64,000 nucleotides of DNA from Antedon mediterranea (Eukaryota; Animalia; Echinodermata), in assembly GCF_964355755.1 (NCBI RefSeq), contig NC_092672.1:10726001-10790000 (forward strand), written 5' to 3'. Made by a program: the position numbers and the translations under genes. Below the pieces are notes generated by a model. The model was not told where the DNA came from, made no database searches, and worked only from the letters and a program-made list of their open reading frames with translations. Below are positions 27,101-42,100 of this stretch, piece by piece (positions within the stretch are counted from its first letter, which is position 1; every line of letters begins with the position of its first letter).

Positions 27101-30100
27101 AAACAATATCATCTTCAGTTCATTTGTATTATAGAAGGATAGGCTGCTTTTGTTACATATGTTGTAGTAAAATGTACGCATTTAATTGACTTGTATGGTC
27201 CTTGTTAGCGAGTCAATCATTATTCACTCAGGAAGTATTTACAATACATCACTTGTGAATGTTTATTACGACACGGTTTATTTTCAGATTCAGAGTGTAA
27301 TAAGCTGGGTAAATATCAAAGCCATACTTGATACAGTTTGAACGTGTGTGGGAATTTATAATTAAGCGTGGGTGCACAATTTTCTGCGTTTTACTGTGTA
27401 GTAATAAAATATGTTTCAAGTTTAAATTTATCAGGTTGCCTAAATGACCTACTGTACATTAAAACATTATTACTGTTCATGTTTAGACATAATCACAATA
27501 TAAATAAATTAATTAATGTTGTTTTATTATATAGAAAAACTTGTTCACTATTTAATTTGTTTTTACTCTACTCTACTCATGGTTTTATCAGGACTTTTTT
27601 GTATGATTCAATTTTTTGTCAATGTGAATGACTACATGTGACAAAAAAATGATCTATTCAGTAAAAAAAAAATCATGTTTTCAGTGGAACAGATATCTCA
27701 ACAGCACAATTCTTTCTGTTACGTAAAGACATCAAAAACTACTTGGGGCTATTTCTAGAAAACTTGTCTAGACTTCCTGCAACACCCATCTCTTGGCCTT
27801 GGCAAGTATGGATAACTCAAATACAAATCTCGTCAAAATATCGGCATCGACATACATCAAATATTCATGACTATCGAATGTGACGATTAAAAACTCATAC
27901 TGTAAGTATTCATCCTTATCCCAATTTCAGATTACGTAAGTAAAAAATAAACCCTAAAATGAGAGGATGATATTAAGTCTGTGCAAAAAAAAATACATGT
28001 TTTGACTTTTTGAAGAGGCATTATGTTATTTTGAACTGGGGCTGAAACCATAGTATGGAGGTTTAAATTATAAATATAATGTAATTGTGACTAAGCCTGA
28101 TTGTAGAATAAACACGAACAATACTGAGTAAATCTACTGATTTGAAGTGAACAGACAGTACAGAGCAACAACCATACACAAGGCTTGAAATGTATACAGT
28201 AGTAGTACAGTGGGATCAAACCACAGTGTGCAAGTTTAAATATGTATACCATAAATATACTATATTATATAACACCTATATAAATTCCTGTCATTTAATT
28301 GGACGAATGTGGGTCACATGGCGTGCAATAGTACGCACTATTCAACGATCGTTAAATAGTACTTTTTGAAACATTTTTGTGTACGAAAAAAAAACGTCTA
28401 GATGTTATATAAAACAAATAATGAATGTTTTGTATTCGTGTAATGGTACAAATAATGGCACTTGGTGAATGATGAAAGGTTATATCAACTCGGCTTTGCC
28501 TCGTTGATATAAACCTTTCATCATTCACCTCGTGCCATTATTTGTACCATTGCACTCATAAACATTCATTATTTGTATATTAGCAACTGAGCCTCCAGGG
28601 TTGGTAGTACAGTAGGACACAACAAAAACCGTAGAACAAGATTTTCAGATAGGTAACGAACATAAAGAGTAACTACACTACTGTACAACAGCAGTGAAAA
28701 GTGTATCCGACCAAAGACGTATCAATTAAAACTTGGTATGGATGATTATTTATACAGTATCTGTATATTTGTATATGCGACGAAGCTTATGTGGTAGAAG
28801 GATAAACACAAAGAATACCGTAGAACAAGATTTTCAGATAGGTAACGAACATAAAGAGTAACTAAACTACTGTACAACAGCAGTGAAAAGTGTATCCGAC
28901 CAAAGACGTATCAAGTAAAACTTGGTATGGATGATTATTTATACAGTATCTGTATTATTTGTATATGCGACGAAGCCTATGTGGTAGAAGGATAAACACA
29001 AAGAATACCGTAGAACAAGATTTTCAGATAGGTAACGAACATAAACAGCAACTAAACTACTGTACAAGAGCAGTGAAAAGTGTATGCGACTAAAGACGTA
29101 TCAAGTAAAACTTGGTATGGATGATTATTTATACAGTATCTGTATATTTGTATATGCGACGAAGCTTATGAAGGATAAACACAAAGAATACCGTAGAACA
29201 AGATTTTCAGATAGGTATTAGAACATCAACCACTGTACTACAAGGGGTATCAAGTAAGACTGGTATGGGGGATTATTTAACTGTATAATTATTATATAAA
29301 CACAAAGACTAAAGAACAGGATTTCAAATTGAAAATGAATGGACACTACAGTACATTAACAGAAACTATGACACAAGATATTGATGTTTCGAGGTTGAAT
29401 GGTTATCGGTAGAATTTCAAACCCTTTAGCCAGCAAACGTAGACAAAAAAGAAATAACCAGATACCAAGGCATATCATTCAATCAAGTTGCCGATTGATC
29501 TGATTAGAAAATTACGATCGACAAATTTTCACACCATGCCTGGCAGACAATCAGACTAACGACATCACTTTGCAAGACATTCTTGTCTTGCGAACGTGGA
29601 ATGCATATCGATTAGTGAATGTACCATTATGGATAATAAACTCGCAGCTTTGAAATAAGAAAATAAGAAAACAGGATTTTAAATTCACCATCTATAGGTT
29701 AACAACAATATGAGTTTTTTTTCGTATTTTCAAAGGAGAGGTTTGTCATCAGCAGAGAAGGTTAAGAATTATTTGTGCCTTAATTTATAAAAGTAATTTA
29801 TTACTTAATATGTATATAATTTGTACAATTTTTAAATATGTGTATCAAATACAGTATCTTTATGTCACATAACAATTCAAATAGGTCAAATCTGATTTAA
29901 AAAAATAATCAATAATAACATTTATCTTAAAATCTTTGGTATTTAATCAATTCAATGCATTTCAGTAAAACCATTTTTTAAATTAAAGCAAATCTTTTGA
30001 AATGATTGAACATTTCTAAATTTGTTTAACCAAGATTTTAGACTGCATTAACAACAAATATTCTGTCAAATTTACATTGACATATTTTGCAGCAAGTTTC

Positions 30101-33100
30101 TAAGCCTTTGCTGTAAGTAAAATCGATTATCGTACACACAAGCTTGAGGCTAGAATGCTACTAATTCAGAACAATTTAACATTTCTCTGAAAGTGTTTAC
30201 TGTATATAAATAATATTACTATAATTTTATTTTTATTACTATTGCTGTACGCTGCCAGCACTCCAAATGGTCATTAATAGTTTCCATATAGCCATTCATT
30301 TTTGGAAGCATTATCTTTAAACCAAAACATGAAAAATGAATCATACTTTGAATAGGAAATTTGTAGTAAATAGTAAGGTTATTCAAATTTGAGGCAAAAA
30401 TGGTAAAAAAGTTATTAATCAAAACTGGGTTTGTTGTGGAGGAACTGTAGATTCATGGGCAATGGTGGAGCATTAACATCATTGTACCGTTTAGTCGTGC
30501 GCCCCCACCTGGAATATTGTTCAGTCATTTTTAATTCAATTTCTTGTACACAATCTCAGCATATTTCTAATTTTCAGATCAAATTTATTAGATTCCTTAC
30601 TCGCACTTGTCCTAATTATAATGTTTCTCTTATTTCTCTTGAAAATCGTAGAGTTGTTTTTGATATGGTATTTTTATACAACTTTTTCAATTCTGTTTAT
30701 GATTATCCTCTTGCTTTGTTTAAGTTGAATATACCAACTCGTACTGGCAGCAAGTGTTTGCTTCACATTACTTGTGGTCGTGTTGAATGCACAAAACGAG
30801 GTATTTTTCAGCGGTTACCTAACACAAATAGGTTGCTTGTTACTTGTTTGGATATTGATTTATTTTATGATAGTTTAAATGTATTTAAGGGTAAAATTTT
30901 TTAATCTCTTTAATGTTCCGATCTCTGTTTATGTTATTGTTGCTTATTTGAATGTATTATTATAGTTTATTATGTTTAGATTCAACCTGTCAACTGAATA
31001 AAAAATATTAAAAAAAACATTAAAAACAATCAAGACAAAATAAAAAGTTATTTGACTTCCTGGAAATGGACTCCCAGTTGAGAATCCTTTTTCCATTTTT
31101 TCCTGATACTATTTTTCGCACAAAGTGAAAATTATTATGTCACATTACATTTTGTTCAGATAGACAATATAGTGTACTGTAACTTTAAAGCATGGGTTTT
31201 AGTTCCTTGGGTTAATAATAATAATAATAGTGATAAAGTGAAAATTATCAACCAACAACCACTGTCCTAATCTATAAAACTACAAGTGTACAATTTAATC
31301 TATTTTAAATAATGACATACACATTATTGAACTTACACTGCAGTATACAGGGATGTCACCAGCTTTTTGGGGTGCCGGTCGGCAAATTTCTCGGGGGGGG
31401 GGGGGGGGGGGGTTTGTCGTTATTTCAGCGAAACATAAAGAATTATGAAAATAAATAACAACAAATTGCGTCAGGTCTAGGCCTAACCTTGTACCACCGG
31501 GGAGTCGCCGTTATTATTCGCGAAAACAAAAAAACCCTCACGAAATGAATAGCAATAGATCGCGTCAGGCTTAGGCCTAGCCTTGTAGACACTACGACCA
31601 CTAGGCCTAGTCAAGGCTTATAGATAGATGCCCCAAAACCTGAATTCCACAAAAACGGGCGCTTCTTTATTTAGGCCTAATCCCTAATCAAATAATGTAG
31701 ATAAATTATTAGCCTAGACCTTACTACTTGTTGCTCGATATAATGTTCGTGTTCTTTTGCGCGAGAGTTTTTTAGCGTATTCGCGAATTCCGGATTTTTT
31801 GTTTCACAACTGTGCGGCAAGCATGTAGTGCATGGCCGGCAAGAACAGAGACACGTGTTTATGGGTTAACTGAAGTTCAGCAACCTGAAGTTATCCCAGG
31901 GACGTGTAATTATTGTACCATGCTCGGCGATCATAAACGAACGAACTTGCCCGGTCTCACTGAACCATGCGCATGTTTTTTTATTTTTTTTAATAGTTCG
32001 TAGAGTACAAAAATGTAAAACTAGTAACATAATATAATTAAAGCAGGGTGACAAAACATTCAGCAATTAAAAATGATTTTGTTTGGGTCTATGTAGTTAT
32101 ACATTTTTAATTACTGCGTACTTGTTTGTATTTTTAATCTGTGCAAAATAAAACGCTTGAATGGTCGCTATGTGAACTTTAAACTTGTACACTATGTGCT
32201 GTGTAGCACGTTGTTCGCCATGACTCACAAGCTGTAACAATGAATACCAGGGCAGGGTAGGCCTGGTAAAGTAACGTACGTAACCACGGAAACATTTGCT
32301 GTAGTCTTTTGTCTTATCTATATGAGGCTAGCTTGTCTGTTATTAACGATGTGCTAGGTAAAATGTTTTAGTACGAATTTTAGTTAGGCCTAGGCCTAAT
32401 ATAAATATCGAAATGATTAATAAATAATAGTGGTGGTCGGCAGCCTGTAAATCCTGGTCGGAAATGTTGAGTGCTGGTCGGGGTCGACCAGCGCCGACCA
32501 GCGTGGTGACATCCCTGAGTATAGTCTTAACATTAATATAATCATAAATAAAAAATATAATAAATAACAAACTTAATGTACTGTATACACATACTTAAAA
32601 TCATCACACGCATCATACATAGGCCCAATAAATATATGACAATTAAGTTTTAAATTTTAAAATTCATCAGTATTATTTTTATTAATTATTTAGACATTTT
32701 TGTTTTTACAAAAAGCTTGACAATTTACTGTGGTTGCTATATATCGGTTTTTAGATAGCAAACTATAAAAGCTCTGAAAAAAAGTCTGAAACTTTCAAAA
32801 TAAAATGCAAAGCTTATTGATTGATTCAAGTACAGGTTCACATTAGGACAAGTGAAACACACACTGGGTAATGAATGGCATAGTGACGATAACTCACCAA
32901 GAAATCAATTCTACAACCACTATAAGCAGTTTCAACGCATTTACTAAAGTAGATATGGAAAGTGTTATCAATAAATGTCATGTGATCAATTCGTTTCGGA
33001 AATACTAAATTTATCATGTAAACCTAAAAATGTGTACTAAAATGAAATTCATCAAGTATCAAGTAATCTCTTTAAAATTTATAATTTAAATATTTACTGT

Positions 33101-36100
33101 AATGTTGCTCTTTTTAAGGTATTTTAAACAGTGTATAGATAAAGCTACTGTACACTAAAGTTTAAATGAAAGAAAAAGACAAAATCTCACAATGCCTCAA
33201 TGAGTGAGGCATTGTCTGCATGGAAACAATCTCAGTTAACAGAAAAGGCCACAATGAGAGTAAAGTATTCATTAAGCCTACTTAGTATATATATATATAT
33301 ATATATATTATTTTATATCTTTGTTAATTTTGTGTTTTTAAAGTTTATTTTATTTACTGTTTGTATTGTTTGAGGGTCCCTAATGATCAGCTTATGCTGG
33401 ATGGATCACCCTCATAAAATATTGTTGAAATAAAATTTCGACGAAACATATTATTTTTTAAGTTTGGTTTAATGAAAATATTTGTCTATATTGCTAATTT
33501 CACACCACTCTATCAAAACAAGGCACTCCTACAAATGATCATAATTATCTAATTAGTTCTTTTATCTTTGGCCATCAACTCATCCAAACAGTCCTAAATG
33601 CTTTATCTGAGGTACATTTAGATTTTTCATAATAGTTGTATATTCAAGTTAAACAGATATCTGCCTTGCACAGACAAAGTGTTAGGTCAAAGAACAAATA
33701 ATTTTGAATTTGAAACAATTTGTGCAGAAATATATAATTGTATGTGTTTATTTAGTGCAGGTAAATTTCCTTCAGCATATTTTTTGCTGTGTTATTAATT
33801 ATTAATGCATACATATTAACAAGTATAGTATATTAATCTTGCATTGCATTAATATATAGCAATACACAGTTTTCACTCTGCATCAACACAATTAATATTT
33901 ATAATCAATTAAAAGAAAATGTGATCTTAGCTGTACTGAACAAGGTGCTAGTAAGAATAGCATCTCATTTGTAAGATGGGCCAATAAATAATATGACTGA
34001 TAAAAAAAACCCAAAAAATAGTTGCAATTTAAAAAAAGAATAGATCACCCTAAAGTTTTGGTTGGGCTGTACTGCACTTATTGCACGGTGTCACATACAG
34101 TAGAAGTTGTACTAACTATTATGCAAATTAACAGTGCTGGTGAATATGCAAATTATGTGGACACGGTGGACGAACAGGAGACCATCATCAGTGGGGTTTG
34201 TGAAAGCGAACTTGGCGGTTTTTATGAAGATAAAGGCAGTCGATATAAACTTAAAAACAACTGTAAGAGAAAAGCTTGGGAACCACAACTTGTTGATGTT
34301 CCTGTTTAATGTTGGCCCCGTGGAATATGAATGTAGTTTATAGCTATTGTTTGTAAGGATAGCTGACGTTCACCGGTTCCTGACTGAAATAAATTAGTGT
34401 TTTGGATTCTGTGGATTGTGGTACGTGTGTGAGATGATCGGCATGTATAAATACCACATATATCCGGTAGTGACCCCGAAGGTGGATTGGTGGGGTGGAA
34501 CGATTTTCGTTCAACATTGTTTTGACTCAACGTTTTTGTTAAAATGGCTTGTTTTTGTTGTGTACGTTGTAGTTGTCTGCCGGGAGAAGAAAACGTCAGA
34601 ACAGGTGTATTGCAGCTGATAATTCCGGAGAAGTGGAGGCTGGAGCTGAACAGTGTGGTGCGGAAGTCTTTCCATGGATCCAGCATTGTGGATTCTGGAC
34701 TGACTATGAGATTTGCTTGAGTATTGTTTTGCTAATAATTGCATTTTTTTTTTGTCTCTCATAGTGGGTTGGTTTAGGATCCCTGTATATCTAATCCATG
34801 CATAATTATAAGGCTGGGGTTTAAAAGGTGTTTTAATTAAATCTAATGTTGACCATCACCCGGTTATATTGTATTTCTTTATATGGTTTGTTACAGGACT
34901 GACGACGACCATTATTAATGTACACGGTGTCAATCATTGGAAAGCAATCACGTTGCTGTTAGATGCTTTACACAAAGAATATGGAAACATGTACTGTACA
35001 TCTTGTTGTTAATTAATGCTTTAGAATACAGTACTTACCTAATCCTAAGCATGATACCCTTAGCCCTGCCCTGCCTAGATTTCTGTAGAAAGAAAAAACA
35101 TTGAAAAGAATTTAAACCTCAAATAAACAATTGACTATAATACAGAAAAGGTAAATACTTCAAGGAACATGAGGGTGTGGTATTGTACAGTACTGTTGGT
35201 ATTTGTCGCAGCTAGCTAGACATAAGATCAAAGGACGAGTTTAGTTACATGTTTCTATCTTGGCAATGTGAGCTCAGTGGCCTGTTGTTAGATTCTTGGT
35301 TAATATCCAGCAGTGGATGACGATGACGACAAAGATAAGGTTGCACTGGTTTGTGGAGGAACCAAAATAAAATTAAGGGTGTTTAACAACTTAACCCGTA
35401 AGCACTCAGACTGCCTTTTTACATGTGCTACTAAACTGATACTGTTAAGTAAAATTCCTTTGAAAACACAGAGCAAAGAAACATAGCTTTCTGTTAGTTC
35501 AAGTCTGTTAGAATTTCAGTTGGTAAATTGTATAGAATTGAGATTTTGATCACGGATGTTATCTGTAATCAAACTTAAATTAAGAGGTAGTATGACAATC
35601 AATTTAAAGATAATATCAAGACAATAACAATTTTAGCAATAAATCATATTCTATTCTAGTGGTATATTTAATGAAGAACTTTTCTAAATGGATTTCAATT
35701 ATATAGAGAGACAGGTAAAAGTTAAGGCAAACTCGTCATACCATGAAGCCAGACGAGTTGTCTCGACTTGTAGGTGCTGTTTGAGTTGCAGCATGATGAG
35801 ACGAGTCGTCTTGAGATAGCATCAGGCATAGTTTTTAGGTCGTCGGGAGAACTTAAACATGTTTATTTTTTCCCCGACAAGACGACTTGACGTACGACGC
35901 TGTCTGAGTTGGCCTTTACTGTACTTTATTTAGTCAGTATGTCAGTATAGAAAACAGTCCATATCCATACATTCATTTCGTCATTCCCAGACGTATTTTT
36001 TTTTCATTTTGGCGCTAATTAAATAGGCAAGTTTAAATATATTGCCTCATATTATTTTGATATTTGAGAACATTTTTCAATGCATGAATAGCCTTAAATC

Positions 36101-39100
36101 CCAAAGGTAATCTCAAATAAAGACTGTATACTGACATAATTAGTTTATACACATAAATAAGTAATCTATCTCCAGATATTATACTTTATGACTTAAGTAG
36201 TTCAACAGTTTCAATGATTTTAATTATTATTTTTAATTAAGTGAGCATACTGTATGTATAACTATAATACCATTATTGTTTATTCAGTTTTTTTCATTTT
36301 TTTATCAATAATACTCAATAACGTTTTATTCACGTAGTTTGTACAATCTCTATGTATAATTATTAAAACATGATTTAATTAATTAAAATTGTTACATTTT
36401 ATTTTGTGTTATTGTAAAAAAAATGTAAATGTATAGCTTCATGATACAGATACTGTATAACAAATACAGTATAGCATTCTTCTTGCATTCTCTTTCAAAT
36501 ATGTTGTCCCTCTATATTGTAGGGCACCACTACTGTAAAACCTTTTTGCTGTTCCATTTCTATTCAGCTTTTACAATGTTTACTTATATTTATTTTTCAC
36601 GAGGGCATGAAATGGAATAAAATAAATATCAATAATTATGTATATACTTAATTTATTATAATTGTAAAAATGAAACATAATACATACTGTATTGAAAAAA
36701 AGCATAGAAATGAACAAAAACAACAATTTTGGTTGCAAAGAAATGAAATTACGTATTTTTACAATGTTACAATTTGTATCTGTATATGTACAGTGATAGT
36801 ACTGAAAAAATGGAAAAGAGATGAGTAACTCTCAAAAGACAAAAAAATATCAATAATTCACTGCATATCACTATACATTTACTGTGAGGTCTATAATAAA
36901 AAACCTATTGTTGTTTACATTATTTATCAATGTTAAAAATAGGTTTGAACTAGTGAAAGTACTGTAGTATTAAAAAAAGGTTTTAATTAAAATGTAATCA
37001 CTTTAATAGAAGGAGACTACGTAGATTGATCGGAGCTCACAACAATCGATAAATGGAGAATTTAAAACCCACGGTTCACTGACCCTGACGCCACACTGCA
37101 TGAATCGCATGATAATCAATCAGGTTTGATTATAGTGTAAGTGAACTATGAAAACTAATAATAATGTATTCATTTATATAACGCCAATTACAAATACATT
37201 TAAATGATGCTTTCACTTTATTAACACGGTTATTTTGATCAAACACGTATGGAAACATACTTTATTAATATTATGTTGCCGTCAGTAATCAGCACAGTTT
37301 GTGCTTTGACCTGGGTGGAGAGAGGCAAATGCAAATAAAATGTCTTTCCTAAGGATAAAAGCAATACGACGAGCATTGTGCTCAAAAGCCTAATCACGAG
37401 ATCAGAACTAAATAATGAACAATGGGTGAATTGTTTAATATCTAGATAGAGTCTCAGTATTTTGATTTCTTAAATTGTTCTGTACTGTGCGGTTTAGTAA
37501 AACACACAGACCTGTAAAACCATGGTCAGTTAATTTTTCAAAGAAATGTAAATATATGTTTAAATTGTTGATGGCCACAATAAACAAAAGGTTTACTGGC
37601 CCGGTGGCCCATTTAAAAGACTCATGGATAGTCCCTGATTGGTGTTTAAAAAATGGTTTATTAATGCATAGAGTGCTTTATTCCATGATGAATGTCATAA
37701 ATTTACACCTAAAATAAATATAAAATATTTTTTTCTGAACTATGATATTTAAAATGTATTACCTATATTGCATATCCATGGTGTTCTAGTAAAGTTCCTC
37801 TTCACAGCATCTGGTGAAGGAAGCCTACACCATCATTAACTGATCATGCTTTCTTTGCTGCAAAATAAAAATAAATAAATAAAATACACAAGTGCCGAAT
37901 TCATGAATTATCTCTCTAAAATGACAATATTACAGTCTGTATGGATTGATACATTATCAATGTTACTGTTTTAGATGCGATACCACACATGTGGCCTGAG
38001 ATTATAATGCATAAAACCATTGATTTTAATGCCCAGATGGTTATTTTATGTACAATAAAAAAGAAAATGCAAAAATGTATAGTATTTTTTTCTGTATAGT
38101 TTTGTTGTTTGGAATAGGGAATTTTTGACAGATTTGAATGGGATTCCTCGTACAAGAAATTAAAATTGGACTATAAATAAATAAGAAAGCTACAGTAATT
38201 ATGATAAATAAAACATGTGCTGTATACTAAGAAATGCCACATTAAGGGGAAAAAAGGATAAACACTATAAATGAAAAATGCTCATAATGACCATTCAAAC
38301 CAGCATACATTTATTTTATCTTAATCCAGTTGTTCGATTAGTTTCTTCAACAATACACACTAATCGAATCATGTAGATAAATAACCAAATGGTTTTAAAT
38401 AAAGAAAAAAAACTAGAGAAACCGGAACGAAGATGTATCCCTTGGGTGCCGTAACAACACGGAACTGTCATTCGCTCTCAACTAACAACCCGTTATAAAA
38501 AGCTTTGAAAGATATGTGTTAACATTTTTATATTTATTGTCGGTAAACTTAAGGAATTGCTTGATGAAGCACCATGCTAAACGGTAGGCCGATTTCAACA
38601 GTGTCTTTTGCGGCTCATCGTAAAACAAGTGCTAAAATGAGATCCAATCGTTACGATGGAGTTTATTTGGCTAGAAATTATAACTAATCAATTAGATTGC
38701 ATTATTTGACATCAGTGATAGTTTGTTGCGTATCATTGTTACTTGACCAGGTGAAAGGTGTGAATTAAGTTATGGATATTAATCAATACACCTAATCAAT
38801 TATTATAATTAGATGTTGTTATTTGTTTAATTAGCTATATCAAATTAAGCTACTGGTATTGGATAAACCTTTCATAGGCTTGCAAGCATTAGAATAATAT
38901 TGTGTTGTTGTTTTGTGCTTCAAAGCAGATGCAATTTTATCTTAACAAGACATTTGACTTAAAAATGTAAGTGTAAGAAACAAACAGTAAGCAACAGAAT
39001 CTTCCAAAGTATATCACAATTAAAATAAAATCAGGTTGATACCTTAAAAAGTAACCAACAAAAATTAACCATGATTTCTGGTAAGATTCCATTATTATCT

Positions 39101-42100
39101 TAACTTATAAGCAACCATTTACTATATCATGTCTGGAAGTTTTGCAATCCCACCTTGGGTCACGACAGGATCCCTTGCGGTACCCCGATGGTTTTATTTA
39201 AAACTTATCAGAATACAAATAGAAAATCTTCCCAGAAAAAACAAAATTTTGGAAAATAAGATGTCTTAATGTGCCAGCAGTGTGTGTGAGAGTTGACTGG
39301 TACATTAAAAAGAACAAAATAAAATTACTGTAACGACAATATATTCATGAGAATTCATAGAAACTTTCAATTAAACATTACAATTTGTGATTTATTGATC
39401 AATAATTCTTTTTTAGTGTTATCGGTACTTTGCTTAAGTTGTTTAGTTCAGGAACTCCCACTCATGGTAAAAATGAGATACAAAATATTGCAAGCAGTCA
39501 GCAACAAACAACGATATCATGATTTACCAGCACTACAGTACAAAATATAATTGCATTGGAAATATCATGAATGCACAAACATTTCGTTTAAAGTAATATC
39601 AGATATTTGTTATACTCTGGTCAAGTCGTGTGATTTTAGTTTATGATTCCGTCTCGTAAAGAATAAAAAGTTTGATCTAGTTTCATAAATAATGAATTCA
39701 AATTGCCTTTGCCTTTATTCAAAACCTCTGTTCATTTTATTATAACATTACTAAATATTCTATTTAAACATATCCAAGTGCATCTTTGTCATTTGATTGG
39801 TTGATTCCCTATCTTCATGCCTTGGACCAATGGCTTTACGTCCCATCCGAAGGATGAGGCAATGAGAGTAAAGCATCTTGTCTAGGGATACAGTTAGTAT
39901 GGTACAGAAAGGTTCGAATCCATCACATGCTAGTCCGATATATCATTACACCATTACTGGTTTTAGCTGATTTGCATACGCAAAGTAAAAATGCATCCTC
40001 ATCGCTACATTCAACACTGATGACAAGCATTCTCTTACATTTTGTTTCAAATTATTAAAATTTATTAAAAGAATAATCTAATATTTGTTTGAATTTAAAT
40101 AAAAATAATAAAAATACTTTTTACGTACACATATCTTCAAGTGCTGGTTTAGCTAAAAAAGACAAACAATAATATTTCATTGAATTGGCATCAATGAATC
40201 ATCTAAGAAAAAAATGCATTTATTAATCAAGATAATAATAAAAATTTGACAAATTTTAAAATTAGTCAGAGAAATTCATGAATAGGGTTGTCATGGATAT
40301 TAGTAATATCATAATAATTCTAAATAGAATTGGTTGAAATTTTAGCACAACAGATCTCAATCAAGATTATGTTTATCGATCAATACATAAAGAATTTACA
40401 ATTATGCAGAAAAACATTTCTGATAAAATTGTTATATTTAAGTTGATATTTACCTATAACTTGAGAAAAATATTTCTAATTTTAAACAGGAATTATACAG
40501 TTCATAAAAAAATGAAGTTATGCTTTTACTTGCAACTGTAAAATTATGGTAATGGTGTTTGGGTGTTTCTTAATTGGTTGGTTTGAAAGGGGTATTACAG
40601 CAAGGCACGTTTTTTTTTTTTTATTTTGATTCTTCAGCTTTCTCTTCAGTTCTAAAATATGGAAAGAACAACTTTAAAATTTGATTAATCTATTTATAGC
40701 AATAACGTAGTAGAATTTATAATTAAACATAAACAACATTTAAGATGTCATAAACACATTACTACAATGTTGAAGGTCACTAAATCTATATTTATGGATT
40801 AAAAAAAAAACACCCAACAAAATAAAGTAACAAAAAACCCAATAACAATAAAAACGTAGGTAATAATAGCTTGTTTCTGGATTTAACGGCCGCGACAATA
40901 CGCTCTCAATGATGTAATCTTCAGAGAGAAAATTGTTAATAAGTAACAATGACAACGAATAATATTGCGTGACGACTCAACGTCTACCAGATCTTTAATG
41001 TCATGCCACTTTACGAGTTGATTTATACTTTGTGCTGTTTCATTCATTAGTGAGAACACTTTTTTTTGGTTTGGCTCTGAATGAAATTGTTATAGTAAAT
41101 TCTATCATGGTCTTAAAGTTAGAAAATCAAAGATGTCTTGATACTAAACACACACATGAAATGTATCCTTGCCATTTGATTGGTCAATTTTTGTATCACA
41201 TGGTATTACTTCTATTGCACTGAAACAATTTTTTGCAATGCAAGGCTGGAGACTGATGGATTCTCTTGAACCACTCAATTCGTGTAGGCCATCAAAATGA
41301 GTATTTTGTTGCACCACCATAAGAAGTTTCTGTGTAGCAAAAAGTTTCTTTATCCAATAACAATATTGTGGTAAGCGTTAATGTCAGTCTACACTCCCAA
41401 GATTTTTCCAAGATAAGAAAATGATAGTGATTATACGAGTGAATCTGTTTCATTGAAGCATATTTTTATAGAAAATTTTAAACCAATTTAGCTTGATTAA
41501 TTTTTATTTTGCATTATTGCTTTTGAAAAACTCATTACAATCTACTTTTTGTACTAAAACACCAAAGCCACCTAACAGTTTTAGTTAAAAAGTCTGAAAT
41601 CAATTTCTAGAATTACTGTAAGATTGCTTGCTTGCCAGTTTTTGTCCACTCAGGCAAACAGACGCATATTGGAATGCCATCAACGTACAGACATTTGTGT
41701 TTACTCTAGAAAATAATTCTGGAATTTTTTCTTTATATTAAAATTTCAAAAACTGTAGGTTGCATTGAAGATTTATACTTCACTTAAGGAAATACCAATT
41801 TCTAAAAAGCTTACAAAATTGTATTTAAACTAGATGGTACGCTCGCTTTGCTCGCGTACCATCTAGGTCGTGCCCACATATGGTTATCGAATACATAGTA
41901 ATTTCAGCGTAAAAAAACTGGCGATTTCAAAATGTAGGCCTACGTACCGCATGACTATAAAACATTTATTTATGTATTTATGTAGTCAACCAAAATTAGC
42001 ACCGTGCGAATTACTTCCAAAAGAGAAACTTCTCACAAAATGAGTCCAAATGTTTAAACAAACCCAATTTGTATTTTGTATCTAACATTATTGAGGGTTG

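Noticed and set aside
28628-29220. 190-bp tandem array as a ribozyme/retrozyme or CRISPR array
   Set aside because: No hammerhead core (CTGANGA..GAAA with stems) or spacer structure seen; treated as a plain tandem repeat.
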